From assembly GCA_963780225.1 (NCBI GenBank), contig CAWAAX010000016.1, forward strand, positions 1 through 64,000: a stretch of 64,000 bases of DNA, written 5' to 3'. Source of the DNA: an uncultured bacterium (GTDB taxonomy: Bacteria; Edwardsbacteria; AC1; EtOH8). Each line of letters opens with the position of its first letter. The stretch's first letter is position 1. Below the pieces are notes generated by a model. That model was given only the letters and a program-made list of their open reading frames with translations. It was not told where the DNA came from and searched no databases. A program made the translations under genes and the position numbers. Of this stretch, positions 40,233-50,561 are shown piece by piece.

Positions 40233-41324
40233 ATGTTGCACAAGTTATGCTTAACTGCTCTGTGCTTAGTTTTGGCAACCGTTGCGTTTGCACAAACACC
40301 GCGCAAGATCACGCTGGCTGTGATGGATCTGGCAGCTACCGGCATCTCAAAAAACGATGGTGCAATCTTGGCCGAAGCGCTACTTTCGTATTTGGTAAAT
40401 ACAAATTACTATGAGATTGTAGAACGCTCAAAACGGGACGAAATATTAAAGGAACAAGGCTTTGCCCTCAGCGGAGCCTGCAATGAAACGGCTTGTTTGA
40501 TCGAGATCGGTAAATTTCTGGCGGTACAAAAGATGGTAGGTGGTAGCATTGGTAAGCTTGGTAATACCTGGACGGTAAACATCCGTCTGTTGGACGTCAA
40601 GACCGGCAAGGTGGATAAAGCCTGCATGAAATACTACAAGGGCGAGATAGATCAGATGCTGGGTTATATGAACGACATTGCCCAGGAGATAATCGCGGCC
40701 GGCGGCCCGACCAAGGAACAACTTGAAGCCATACGGCAAAAATCCACGGAAGACAGCATAGCTACCGCCAAGGCCGAACAGGCAAGATTAATCCGGCAAA
40801 AGGCGGTACAGGACAGTCTGGTCCTGGTTGAAACGGCAAATAAGCAAAGGGCGGATAAAGAGCGCTTGAGGAAGCAGTTTGTGACCGACAGCCTGGTGGC
40901 AGAAGCAAAAAAGACAAAATTGAAAATGCCGGTTTTGACCTACAGCACTTTAGGAGGGTCTGTTTTGCTGGCCGGGATCACTTATTTGTACTATGCCGGA
41001 GCCCAGGACAGCTACGATAAATACAATGCCGCCACCACGCCGGAAGATGCCGCCACATTCCGGGATGAGACCGAAAGCAAGAACACAACAGCAGCAATTT
41101 GTTCCTATGCCGCCATTGGCACTGGTACTGTGTATATAGTTTCATTGTTTTTAAGGAAGAAGGCGCACCCGGAGTTGTCAAAGCAGACGGCAATAGTTCC
41201 GGAGATTAACCTAACTTCCGCCTACACCGACCGCCCCCTAACCCCCTCCAAGGTGGAGGGGGCACTGAAGGCCCCTTCCCTTGCGGGGAAGGGGTTGGGG
41301 TTAGGTCTAACCTGGAGGTTTTAA
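40233..41324 (+). CDS. Secreted protein with CsgG/HfaB-like N-terminal domain, coiled coil and two C-terminal hydrophobic helices
   Basis: Signal peptide; 'LAVMDL..YEIVERSKRDEILKEQGF..SGAC..CL.EIGK.L..KMVGGSIGKLG..RLLDVKTG'. Confidence 0.6.
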   Translation: MLHKLCLTALCLVLATVAFAQTPRKITLAVMDLAATGISKNDGAILAEALLSYLVNTNYYEIVERSKRDEILKEQGFALSGACNETACLIEIGKFLAVQKMVGGSIGKLGNTWTVNIRLLDVKTGKVDKACMKYYKGEIDQMLGYMNDIAQEIIAAGGPTKEQLEAIRQKSTEDSIATAKAEQARLIRQKAVQDSLVLVETANKQRADKERLRKQFVTDSLVAEAKKTKLKMPVLTYSTLGGSVLLAGITYLYYAGAQDSYDKYNAATTPEDAATFRDETESKNTTAAICSYAAIGTGTVYIVSLFLRKKAHPELSKQTAIVPEINLTSAYTDRPLTPSKVEGALKAPSLAGKGLGLGLTWRF

Positions 41325-41326
41325 CA

Positions 41327-44134
41327 ATGAAACAAAAAATATTGTTAATCGCCGTCTGCTCATTGCTGATTGTAATGGGCTGTTCCAAGAAGTTCAGTTT
41401 TAACAACCCGGTGGACCCGGTCATTCCGCCTGCTGCGCCAAAACTCTCCTCGCCGACCGACACTTCAACCGGTATTTCCATCAACCCAATATTTACCTGG
41501 ACCGCCAGCGAAGGCGCCACCAGCTACACTTTGCAGGTTTCCTCCAACGCCGCCTGTACCAGTTTTGTTTACAACCAAAGCGGGATCGTGGCCACCACCG
41601 ATACCGTGGCCGGGTTGTCATTTTCTACCACTTATTACTGGCGGGTTAGGGCAGACAAAAAGGATAATTCCTCCGACTGGACCAGTATTTGGTGGTTTAC
41701 CACCACCTCGGCCACTGCGCCCACGGTGGTTACTAATGCCGCAACCTTGGTAACCGGGACCACGGCCCAGTTGAACGGCACGGTCAATCCCAAAGGCATT
41801 TCCACCACTTATTATTTCCAGCATGGACTAACTACCGCCTACGGTTCGGTGACTTCAACCCAGAGCGCAGGTTCGGGCAGCATTGCAGTGCCTGAGAGTG
41901 TTAGCATTGGCGGTTTGACCGCAGGCACAATTTACCATTATAGGCTGGCCGCCACCAATACCGGCGGCACAAGTTATGGCAACGACGGCACATTTACCAC
42001 CGTTCCCGTTGCGCCGGTTTTGTTAACGCCTGCCAATAACGATACCGGTATTGCCGCAAGCCCAACGTTAACCTGGAACGCCGCCACCGGGGCCGCCAGC
42101 TATACCTTGCAAGTTTCTATCAACAGTTCGTTTAGCAGTTTTGTTTACAACCAAACCGGGTTGACCGGAACCAGCCAGGCGGTAAGCGGGCTGGATACCG
42201 CAACAATTTACTATTGGCGGGTAAACGCCGCAAATGGCAGCGGTACTTCTGGCTGGTCCAGCGTTTGGCAGTTTAAAACCGCCACCGGCCCCAGCACAAA
42301 TATTGTATGGATCTCCATACCGGCTGGTAACTTTACCATGGGCAGCCTGCCAGGCGACCCCTATGCACAGACCATTGAACAGCCCCAGCATACTGTTTAC
42401 CTGGACGCCTACCAGATAAGTAAATACGAGGTAACTAACGCCCAATATAAGGCATTTATGGATGCCGGAGGTTACACTAACAGCGCCTATTGGACCACGG
42501 ACGGTTGGACTTGGTGTACAACAAATAGTATAACCCAACCTGTGTATTGGACCAGCGGGCAATATAACAGCGGTACTGCCTTTCCCAATCACCCAGTGCT
42601 TGCGGTAAGCTGGTACGAGGCCTATGCCTTTTGCCAGTGGGCGGGGGGCCATTTGCCAACTGAGGCACAATGGGAAAAAGCGGTCCGGGGTACCGACCCC
42701 ACCAACTACTGGCCCTGGGGCTCTTCCTGGGATGCCTCCAAATGTAATTGTACTTACAACACATCGCCCGATACCTTTGCCTATAGCTCCCCTGTGGGAT
42801 TCTTTAGCGCCGGGCAAAGCCCTTATGGTGTTTATGACATGGCCGGGAATATTTGGGAATGGTGCAATGATTGGTATGATGCCGGTTATTACAGCGTTAG
42901 CCCCACCAGCAACCCCACCGGGCCAAATACTGGGTCTTATCGCGTGCTCCGCGGCGGCGGCTTCAACAACATCGATAAAGACTGCCGCACTGCCAACCGC
43001 GGCTACTTCGAACCGGATCTCAGGGTCGGCATCTACGGCTTCGGTTTTCGTATTGCCAAAGGCATTCCCATTACACCGTTCTTAAACTCACCGGCCACTG
43101 GCGCTACCAGCATAGCCACCAGCCCAACCTTAAGCTGGAACCCCAGCAGCAGTGCCACCAGCTATGCCTTGCAGGTTTCAACGGATAGCCTGTTTGGAAG
43201 TTATGCTTACAACCAAAGCGGCATTACCGCCACCAGCCAGGCGGTTAGCGGCTTGGCTGCCGGTACAAAATATTACTGGCGGGTGAATGCCAGCAATGGG
43301 TATGGTACTTCTGGGTGGTCAAGCGTGTGGAACTTTACAACTGTTGCCAGCACCGCCATTGAATGGATTTCCATTCCGGCCGGGAACTTTACCATGGGCA
43401 GTCTTCCTGGGGATCCCTATGTACTCACAAATGAACAACCGCAGCATACTGTTTACCTTGATGCCTACCAGATAAGCAAATATGAAATAACCAATACCCA
43501 GTATAAGGCCTTTATGGATGCCGGGGGCTATACCAATAGCGCCTATTGGACAACTGAAGGATGGACCTGGAAAACGACCAATAGCATTACCGAGCCTGCT
43601 TACTGGACTGCCGGGTCATACAACTCAGGCCCATCGTTCCCCAACCACCCGGTGGTGGGGGTGAGCTGGTACGAGGCCTATGCCTTCTGTAACTGGGCCG
43701 GAGGCCATTTGCCCACCGAGGCCCAGTGGGAAAAGGCGGCCCGGGGCACGGATTCCAGCAACTACTGGCCTTGGGGCAGCACCTGGGATTCCACTAAATG
43801 TAACGGTAGGTGTGGTTCTGGCATATATCCTGACGCCCCACCAGATACTTTTACAAACAGTTCGCAGGTTGGTTATTTTAACCTCGGGCAAAGCCCTTAT
43901 GGCGTTTACGACATGGCCGGGAACGTACATGAATTTGTAAATGACTGGTATGATGCCAGCTATTACAGCATAAGCCCCGTCAGTAATCCCACCGGGCCGA
44001 CCACTGGGACTTACCGCGTCATCCGCGACGGCAGTTGTAACGACGGAGGTGCCGACTACTGCCGTGTTTCCTGCCGGAACGTTGAGTATCAATACAACCG
44101 TCGCTACGATTACGGCTTTCGCATTGCCAAGTAA
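41327..44134 (+). CDS. Lipoprotein with FN3 repeats and two FGE-sulfatase (C-type lectin fold) domains
   Basis: Lipobox VMGC; FN3 'YYWRV.A'; two copies of 'IPAGNFTMGS..P.H.VYLDAY.ISKYE.TN', 'LPTEAQWEKA', 'DMAGN', 'GFR'. Confidence 0.92.
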   Translation: MKQKILLIAVCSLLIVMGCSKKFSFNNPVDPVIPPAAPKLSSPTDTSTGISINPIFTWTASEGATSYTLQVSSNAACTSFVYNQSGIVATTDTVAGLSFSTTYYWRVRADKKDNSSDWTSIWWFTTTSATAPTVVTNAATLVTGTTAQLNGTVNPKGISTTYYFQHGLTTAYGSVTSTQSAGSGSIAVPESVSIGGLTAGTIYHYRLAATNTGGTSYGNDGTFTTVPVAPVLLTPANNDTGIAASPTLTWNAATGAASYTLQVSINSSFSSFVYNQTGLTGTSQAVSGLDTATIYYWRVNAANGSGTSGWSSVWQFKTATGPSTNIVWISIPAGNFTMGSLPGDPYAQTIEQPQHTVYLDAYQISKYEVTNAQYKAFMDAGGYTNSAYWTTDGWTWCTTNSITQPVYWTSGQYNSGTAFPNHPVLAVSWYEAYAFCQWAGGHLPTEAQWEKAVRGTDPTNYWPWGSSWDASKCNCTYNTSPDTFAYSSPVGFFSAGQSPYGVYDMAGNIWEWCNDWYDAGYYSVSPTSNPTGPNTGSYRVLRGGGFNNIDKDCRTANRGYFEPDLRVGIYGFGFRIAKGIPITPFLNSPATGATSIATSPTLSWNPSSSATSYALQVSTDSLFGSYAYNQSGITATSQAVSGLAAGTKYYWRVNASNGYGTSGWSSVWNFTTVASTAIEWISIPAGNFTMGSLPGDPYVLTNEQPQHTVYLDAYQISKYEITNTQYKAFMDAGGYTNSAYWTTEGWTWKTTNSITEPAYWTAGSYNSGPSFPNHPVVGVSWYEAYAFCNWAGGHLPTEAQWEKAARGTDSSNYWPWGSTWDSTKCNGRCGSGIYPDAPPDTFTNSSQVGYFNLGQSPYGVYDMAGNVHEFVNDWYDASYYSISPVSNPTGPTTGTYRVIRDGSCNDGGADYCRVSCRNVEYQYNRRYDYGFRIAK

Positions 44135-44192
44135 AATATAATAGTTTCCTTGCCGGCAGGTGGTTTGTTGGATAATGGTTATTGTATCTATC

Positions 44193-44308
44193 CATAGCCC
44201 ATACATTCCGCCTACGTTAAGTGCCTTCGCTAAATCTTTGGCACTCGAAAAAGCCCTTTATTAAAGCGTTAGCGGAAACTACGGCGGATAAATAATGTAT
44301 GGGCTATG
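44193..44308. repeat. Palindromic element, right copy (inverted relative to 40082)
   Basis: Same 15-bp terminal inverted repeat; inner arms match the left copy in reverse complement; extra internal sequence. Confidence 0.85.
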
Positions 44309-44353
44309 GATGAAAACGTAAATAACATTTTTCATATAACCTCAGGAGAATCT

Positions 44354-46096
44354 ATGCAGGGCATCATTCAGAAAATATCCGGACCGGCGGTCATCGCCAA
44401 GAACATGATGGGCGCCCGGATGTACGACATCGTCAAAGTGGGAAAATTAGGATTGGTGGGTGAGATCATCCGCCTGGACGGGGACACTTGCTTCATCCAG
44501 GTTTACGAGGACACTTCGGGCCTGTTCGTGGGCGAACCGGTGATCACCACCGGAGAGCCGCTAAAAGTGGAACTAGGCCCCGGCCTGCTTGAGGCCATCT
44601 TCGACGGCATCCAACGACCGCTGGACCAGATAAAAAAGAAGGAGGGCGACTTCATCGCCCGCGGGGTGGAGGTGCCCAGTCTTAACCGGGAGAAGAAATG
44701 GAAGTTCAAGCCAACCGTTAATAAAGGCGACCAAGTGGCTGAAGGCGATGTACTTGGCGAAGTGCAGGAAAATGTCTGGTTCCTGCATAAGATACTGGTT
44801 CCGCCAGCCAAAAGCGGCAAGATCAAAAGCATTGTCAAGGAAGGGGAATACACCGTTTCCGACCAGATTGCAGAATTGGAGGACGGAACCAAGCTTTTCC
44901 TGATGCACTCCTGGCCGGTGCGCCAGCCCCGGCCCTTCAAGAAAAAAATGGACCCGGACGAGATGTTCATCACCGGACAGAGGATCCTGGACACCCTGTT
45001 CCCGGTGGCCATGGGCGGGACCGCCGCCATCCCCGGGCCGTTCGGCTCCGGCAAGACCGTGGTTCAGCAGACTTTGGCCAAGCACTCCAACGCCCAGGTG
45101 ATCATCTACGTGGGCTGCGGCGAGCGGGGCAACGAGATGACCGAGGTGCTGACCGAGTTCCCGGAACTGCTTGATCCCAAGACCAAGCGCCCCCTGATGG
45201 AGCGGACGGTGCTGATCGCCAACACTTCCAACATGCCGGTGGCGGCCCGCGAGGCCAGCATCTACACCGGGATCACTTTGGCCGAGTATTTCCGCGACAT
45301 GGGCTTCTCCGTGGCCATGATGGCCGATTCAACCAGCCGCTGGGCCGAGGCCCTGCGCGAGATCTCCTCACGGCTGGAGGAGATGCCGGGCGAAGAAGGC
45401 TACCCCACCTATCTCTCCAGCAAGCTGGCCGCCTTCTACGAGCGGGCCGGCAGAACGGTCTGTGTAGGCAAGGACTCCCGGGTGGGCTCGGTCACCATCG
45501 TGGGCGCGGTTTCGCCTCCGGGCGGCGACTTCTCCGAGCCGGTCACCCAGAGCACTTTGCGGATCGTGGGCACCTTCTGGGCATTGGACGCCAGCCTGGC
45601 CCAGCGCCGACATTTCCCGGCCATCAACTGGAACCGGTCCTATTCGCTTTACGCCGAGATGCTGGGGGGCTGGCTTAAGGAGCACGTGGCCCCCGACTTC
45701 GCCGATGTCCGCAAGCAGGCCTCGGAGCTGCTACAGAAGGAGGCCGCCCTGCAGGAGGTGGTCCAGCTGGTGGGCCCCGACGCCTTGCAGGACCAGGAGC
45801 GGATGGTGATCGAGGTCGGCAAGATGCTGCGCGAGGATTTCCTGCAGCAGCATGCCTTCTCCGAAGTGGACGGCCACTGCAGCCTGGAAAAATCATACTG
45901 GATGCTAAAAGCCATTTTGGCCTTCTATGACGGAGCCCGCCAGGCCATCGAGCGGGGAACCATGCACATCAACGACATCCTGAACCTGCCCCAGATAGAA
46001 CAGTGCGCCCGGTTCAAGGAAGTGCCCCAGGCCCAGTTCAAAGCGCACATAGACGCTTTCATCGCCGGGCTGGGCGAGGCCTTTGCCAAGAAGTGA
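44354..46096 (+). CDS. ntpA: V/A-type ATPase catalytic subunit A
   Basis: [47 protein letters not shown] before ATG 44354. Confidence 0.98.
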   Translation: MQGIIQKISGPAVIAKNMMGARMYDIVKVGKLGLVGEIIRLDGDTCFIQVYEDTSGLFVGEPVITTGEPLKVELGPGLLEAIFDGIQRPLDQIKKKEGDFIARGVEVPSLNREKKWKFKPTVNKGDQVAEGDVLGEVQENVWFLHKILVPPAKSGKIKSIVKEGEYTVSDQIAELEDGTKLFLMHSWPVRQPRPFKKKMDPDEMFITGQRILDTLFPVAMGGTAAIPGPFGSGKTVVQQTLAKHSNAQVIIYVGCGERGNEMTEVLTEFPELLDPKTKRPLMERTVLIANTSNMPVAAREASIYTGITLAEYFRDMGFSVAMMADSTSRWAEALREISSRLEEMPGEEGYPTYLSSKLAAFYERAGRTVCVGKDSRVGSVTIVGAVSPPGGDFSEPVTQSTLRIVGTFWALDASLAQRRHFPAINWNRSYSLYAEMLGGWLKEHVAPDFADVRKQASELLQKEAALQEVVQLVGPDALQDQERMVIEVGKMLREDFLQQHAFSEVDGHCSLEKSYWMLKAILAFYDGARQAIERGTMHINDILNLPQIEQCARFKEVPQAQFKAHIDAFIAGLGEAFAKK

Positions 46097-46154
46097 TTAC
46101 CAAGGCAGAAATCAAAAGGCAGAATATTGAATAGAGAATATAGAAGGAGGAACC

Positions 46155-47069
46155 ATGCGCCTTGTAACCAGATCCGATTTTGACGGCCTGATCTGCGGTG
46201 TCCTGCTTAAGGAAGCCGGGGTCATTGACCAGTTCAAGTTCGTCCATCCCAAGGATGTGCAGGACGGCAAGGTGGAAGTGACAGCCGATGACGTGCTGGC
46301 CAACGTGCCCTACGCCCAGGGCTGCGGGATGTGGTTTGATCACCACCTGTCCGAGAGCGAGCGCAAGGCCTTTCCCGACGATTTCAAGGGCAGATCCGAA
46401 CCGGCCAAGAGCTGCGCCCGGGTGATCTACGATTTTTACGGCGGGGAGAAGAAGTTCCCCAACTTCGCCGAGATGCTGAAGGCGGTGGATAAATCCGACT
46501 CCGGCGACCTGACGGTGGAGGAGATAGCCGAGCCCAAGGGCTGGATCCTGCTGGCCTTCATCATGGACCCCCGCACCGGGCTGGGCCGCTACTCCGATTA
46601 CCGGATCAGCAACCTGCAATTGATGCAGGACCTGATGGAATACTGCCGGACCATGAACATCGTGGAGCTCCTTGACCTTCCGGATGTCAAGGAGCGGATC
46701 CAGCGCTATCACGAGTCGGAGTGGCTGTACAAGGAGATGATCAAGAGATACTCCACCGTCCACGGAAATGTGCTGGTGACCGACCTGCGCAAGGTGGAGG
46801 AGATTCCCACCGGCAACCGTTTTGTGGAATACGGGATGTTCCCCAACATCAACATCTCCATCCGGATGATGTGGGGGATGAAGAAGCTGAATGTGGTGTT
46901 CGCCGTCGGGCACAGCATCATCAACCGGACCTCCAAGACCAACGTGGGATCGCTGATGCTGAAATACAACGGCGGCGGCCACGCCAAGGTGGGAACCTGC
47001 CAGGTGGCGATAGAGAAGGCGGACGAGGTGCTTAAGGAACTGGTCAAACAGATGAATGCGGACGGGTAA
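46155..47069 (+). CDS. DHH family phosphoesterase (exopolyphosphatase/NrnA-like)
   Basis: TRSDFDG, FDHH, D..D, GGGH. Confidence 0.88.
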   Translation: MRLVTRSDFDGLICGVLLKEAGVIDQFKFVHPKDVQDGKVEVTADDVLANVPYAQGCGMWFDHHLSESERKAFPDDFKGRSEPAKSCARVIYDFYGGEKKFPNFAEMLKAVDKSDSGDLTVEEIAEPKGWILLAFIMDPRTGLGRYSDYRISNLQLMQDLMEYCRTMNIVELLDLPDVKERIQRYHESEWLYKEMIKRYSTVHGNVLVTDLRKVEEIPTGNRFVEYGMFPNINISIRMMWGMKKLNVVFAVGHSIINRTSKTNVGSLMLKYNGGGHAKVGTCQVAIEKADEVLKELVKQMNADG

Positions 47070-47100
47070 ATGATCTTGCCCGGCATTCAGGAAGGTCATC

Positions 47101-47442
47101 ATGTTTGAGCGCAAACACGAAAAACTGGCTCCGCCATCGGTCTTTGCCAAAAGGATGGCCGTCTCGGCGGCAGCAGCCGTAGGTCTGGCCGGAGCAGTAT
47201 TGCTTACAGGTATAATGGGATACCACTGGATAGCCGGTCTGGGCTGGATCGATTCGCTTTTAGAGGCCTCAATGATCCTGGGCGGCATGGGCCCGGTCAA
47301 CCCGCTGGTTTCAAACGCATCCAAGATATTCGCTTCGGGTTATGCGCTTTTCAGCGGCCTGGTGTTCATTGCGCTGATCGGCATCATCCTGGCGCCGATC
47401 ACCCACCGGATGCTCCACAAGTTCCATATGGAAGGGAAATGA
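47101..47442 (+). CDS. Small 2-TM membrane protein with a pore-loop-like segment
   Basis: TM, 'GWIDSLLEASMILGGMGP', 'KIFASGYALFSG', TM. Confidence 0.6.
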   Translation: MFERKHEKLAPPSVFAKRMAVSAAAAVGLAGAVLLTGIMGYHWIAGLGWIDSLLEASMILGGMGPVNPLVSNASKIFASGYALFSGLVFIALIGIILAPITHRMLHKFHMEGK

Positions 47443-47467
47443 CCACCCAAATGAAATTGACGGCCTT

Positions 47468-48361
47468 ATGATCTATGAAAACATCCTGCAAACCATCGGC
47501 AACACACCACTGGTCAGGATAAACCGGCTAAACCCCAATAAACACGCGGATATTTACGCCAAGATAGAGGGAGCCAACCCCACCGGTAGTATCAAGGACC
47601 GGATAGCCTTGAAGATGATTGAGCAGGCCGAGGCCGAAGGGGCGCTGTCAAAGAGCAGGACCATCATCGAGCCCACCTCGGGGAACACCGGCATCGGCCT
47701 GGCCATGATCGGGGCGGTCAAGGGCTACCAGGTGGAGATCGTGATGAGCAAAGCGGTCTCGGCCGAGAGGGTCAAGATGATCAAAAGCTTCGGGGCCAGG
47801 GTCACCCTCACCGATGCCAGGCTGGGGACCGACGGGGCGATCATCAAGGCCCGGGAACTGGTCAAAAAGTATCCCCAAAAATATTTCATGCCGGACCAGT
47901 TCTCCAATCATTACAACAAGATGGCCCATTACAAGACCACGGCCCAGGAGATCTGGAAGCAGGTCAACGGCAACATCGATTATCTGGTCTCCTCCGTAGG
48001 GACCTCGGGCACCATCATGGGAGTGGGCCGGGCCCTTAAGGAGAACGACCCCAGGATCAAGATAGTGGAGGCCCATCCCGTCAAGGGCCACTATATCCAG
48101 GGCCTGAAGAACATGGAGGAGGCAATAGTGCCTTCCATCTACGATCCTTCTCTGATAGACGAGACCGTGATGGTCAGCACCGAGCAGGCCTTTGACACCG
48201 CCCGCAAGATAGTGGAGAAAGAAGGCATCTTCGTGGGGATGAGCAGCGGAGCGGCCATGTACGCGGCCATTCAGGTGGCCAGGAAGATCAAAAAGGGCAG
48301 GATAGTGGTCATTTTCCCGGACCGGGGGGAGAAGTATCTGAGCACAAAATTGTTTAAATAG
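47468..48361 (+). CDS. Cysteine synthase (CysK/CysM family)
   Basis: IGNTPLV, NPTGSIKDR (PLP Lys), EPTSGNTGI, GTSGT, IQGL, PDRGEKYLS. Confidence 0.93.
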   Translation: MIYENILQTIGNTPLVRINRLNPNKHADIYAKIEGANPTGSIKDRIALKMIEQAEAEGALSKSRTIIEPTSGNTGIGLAMIGAVKGYQVEIVMSKAVSAERVKMIKSFGARVTLTDARLGTDGAIIKARELVKKYPQKYFMPDQFSNHYNKMAHYKTTAQEIWKQVNGNIDYLVSSVGTSGTIMGVGRALKENDPRIKIVEAHPVKGHYIQGLKNMEEAIVPSIYDPSLIDETVMVSTEQAFDTARKIVEKEGIFVGMSSGAAMYAAIQVARKIKKGRIVVIFPDRGEKYLSTKLFK

Positions 48362-48374
48362 GAGAGGCATATCA

Positions 48375-48797
48375 ATGAATGATAATCCCGAGATACAGGC
48401 TACTATCGACGAAGAGCATCTTAAACTGTTATCTATCGGATATAAGATCTCTGCCGGGGTTTCGCTTTTCACGTCTTTGTTCGGTTTGATGTATGTTTTT
48501 ATGGGGATATTTTTTACCATGATGCCCAACATGCCCAACCAAAATCAAACGCCTCAGCCTCCTATAGGATGGATGTTCGGCATAATAGGTTCAGGGTTTT
48601 TTGTCTGTTCGGTCGTTTTTGCTGTTTTAAATTTCATGACATCAAAAAGACTTGACCAACGGTGTTCAAAATCATTTTGTACAATTATTGCGGCACTGAA
48701 TTGCATCGGCGTCCCGTATCATACCGTATTAGGGGTATTTACATTGAATGTTTTGAGCAGGAAATCAGTTAGTGAAATGTTCAAAGGGGAAAATTAA
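48375..48797 (+). CDS. Hypothetical membrane protein
   Basis: Three hydrophobic segments; 'EEHLKLLSI' and 'C..VP..TVLGVFT..VL.R.SV...F'; lower GC. Confidence 0.7.
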   Translation: MNDNPEIQATIDEEHLKLLSIGYKISAGVSLFTSLFGLMYVFMGIFFTMMPNMPNQNQTPQPPIGWMFGIIGSGFFVCSVVFAVLNFMTSKRLDQRCSKSFCTIIAALNCIGVPYHTVLGVFTLNVLSRKSVSEMFKGEN

Positions 48798-49069
48798 TTT
48801 TTAATTAAATAACGATCAGGCATTTTGGACTTAACCACCAAAAATACAAAGCATTTTTATAATAAGGTGGTTATTCGGTACAACGGGGTGCGATAGCCTA
48901 AAGACTATCGCTAATTAACATCCCGCCACAGGCGGATCTTCGACAAGACCGCTGGTGCGGCCTGTTTGGTTAGGCTCAATAGAGCCTTGATGATAACCAG
49001 CGATATCATTGATGGTATCGCGATAATGAGAAGAATAAATTCATCCGACATACAAACAACGAGGCATTC

Positions 49070-50482
49070 ATGGACTTAACCACCAAAAAATACCAAAGCA
49101 TTTCCTACATCTCCGGGCCGCTGCTGTTCGTGGACAACGCCAAGGGGCTGTCCTACGGCGCCATCGTGGAGATAGAACTCCCCGACGGCAGCAAGAAGGG
49201 CGGGCAGACCATAGAGGTCTCGGAGAAATACGCCGTGATCCAGGTGTTCGAGGAGACCCGGGGCCTGGACCTGGCCAAGAGCTCGGTCAGCCTTAAGGAG
49301 GACGTGGCCCGCATCCCCGTCTCCCGCGACATGATCGGCCGGCGCTTCAACGGGCTGGGCGAGCCGATTGACGGCCTGCCGCCCATCATCCCGGAAAAGC
49401 GGCTGGAGATCATCGGGCAGCCCATGAACCCCACCTCCCGGGCCAAGCCCGAGGAGTTCATCCAGACCGGCATCTCCACCATCGACGGTTTTGCCACCTT
49501 GGTGCGGGGCCAGAAGCTGCCCATCTTCTCGGGCGCCGGACTGCCGGCCAACGAGATCGCGGCCCAGATCGTCAAGCAGGCCAGGGTGCTGGGCGAGAAG
49601 GAGGAGTTCGCGGTGGTCTTCGCCGCCATGGGCATCACCAGCCGCGAGGCCACTTACTTCATCACCGAGTTCGAGAAATCCGGGGCCCTGGCCAAGACGG
49701 TGGTCTTCATGAACAAGGCCGACGACCCCACCATCGAGCGGATCCTGACCCCGCGCTGCGCCCTGACCTGCGCCGAGCACCTGGCCTACGACCACGGCAT
49801 GCAGGTGCTGGTCATTCTCACCGACATGACCAACTACTGCGAGGCCCTGCGCGAAGTGGGCACCGCCCGCGAGGAGATCCCCGGCCGGCGCGGCTATCCC
49901 GGCTACATGTACACCGACCTGGCCCAGATATACGAAAGGGCCGGCCGCATTCACGGGCGCAAGGGCTCCATCACCCAGATCCCGATCCTGACCATGCCGG
50001 ACGACGACATCACCCACCCAATAGCCGACCTGACCGGATACATCACCGAGGGCCAGCTGGTGCTGTCCCGGCAGCTGCACCGCATCGGCTGCTATCCGCC
50101 CATCGATCCGCTGCCCTCGCTGTCCCGGCTGATGAACAACGGCATCGGGGAAGGGCATACCAGAAAAGACCACCGGGAATGGTCCAACCAGCTTTATTCG
50201 GCCTACGCCACCGGCCGCGACCTGCGCAAACTGGTGGCCATCATCGGCGAGGAGGCCCTGACCGAGGTGGACCGCAAGTATCTGAAGTTCGCCGAGGGCT
50301 TTGAAAAGGAGATGATCAACCAGGGCCAGGCCGACCGCAGCATCGAGGAGACCATGAACACCGGCTGGAAACTGCTGTCCCTGCTGCCGGTCAAGGAACT
50401 GAAGCGCATCAGCAAGGACCACATCCACAAGTATTATCACGGCGAGACCATGGAGCAGATGCACGGGAAAACGGGGTTGTAA
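49070..50482 (+). CDS. ntpB: V/A-type ATPase subunit B
   Basis: [53 protein letters not shown]. Confidence 0.98.
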   Translation: MDLTTKKYQSISYISGPLLFVDNAKGLSYGAIVEIELPDGSKKGGQTIEVSEKYAVIQVFEETRGLDLAKSSVSLKEDVARIPVSRDMIGRRFNGLGEPIDGLPPIIPEKRLEIIGQPMNPTSRAKPEEFIQTGISTIDGFATLVRGQKLPIFSGAGLPANEIAAQIVKQARVLGEKEEFAVVFAAMGITSREATYFITEFEKSGALAKTVVFMNKADDPTIERILTPRCALTCAEHLAYDHGMQVLVILTDMTNYCEALREVGTAREEIPGRRGYPGYMYTDLAQIYERAGRIHGRKGSITQIPILTMPDDDITHPIADLTGYITEGQLVLSRQLHRIGCYPPIDPLPSLSRLMNNGIGEGHTRKDHREWSNQLYSAYATGRDLRKLVAIIGEEALTEVDRKYLKFAEGFEKEMINQGQADRSIEETMNTGWKLLSLLPVKELKRISKDHIHKYYHGETMEQMHGKTGL

Positions 50483-50561
50483 TTTCTAACTGTTTGAATC
50501 GTTTGAACAGGTTCAAACCGTTTGAAACGTTTCAAACAACCTGATAAAGGAGAGTTTGATC

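Noticed and set aside
41327..44353. Complete DGR locus in the window
   Set aside because: No reverse transcriptase, accessory gene or AAC-rich template repeat found; only target-like regions
49076..50464. Long minus-strand ORFs (this one and others opposite mreB, uvrB, glmS and the hut genes)
   Set aside because: Antisense shadows of GC3-rich conserved genes with no recognisable motifs
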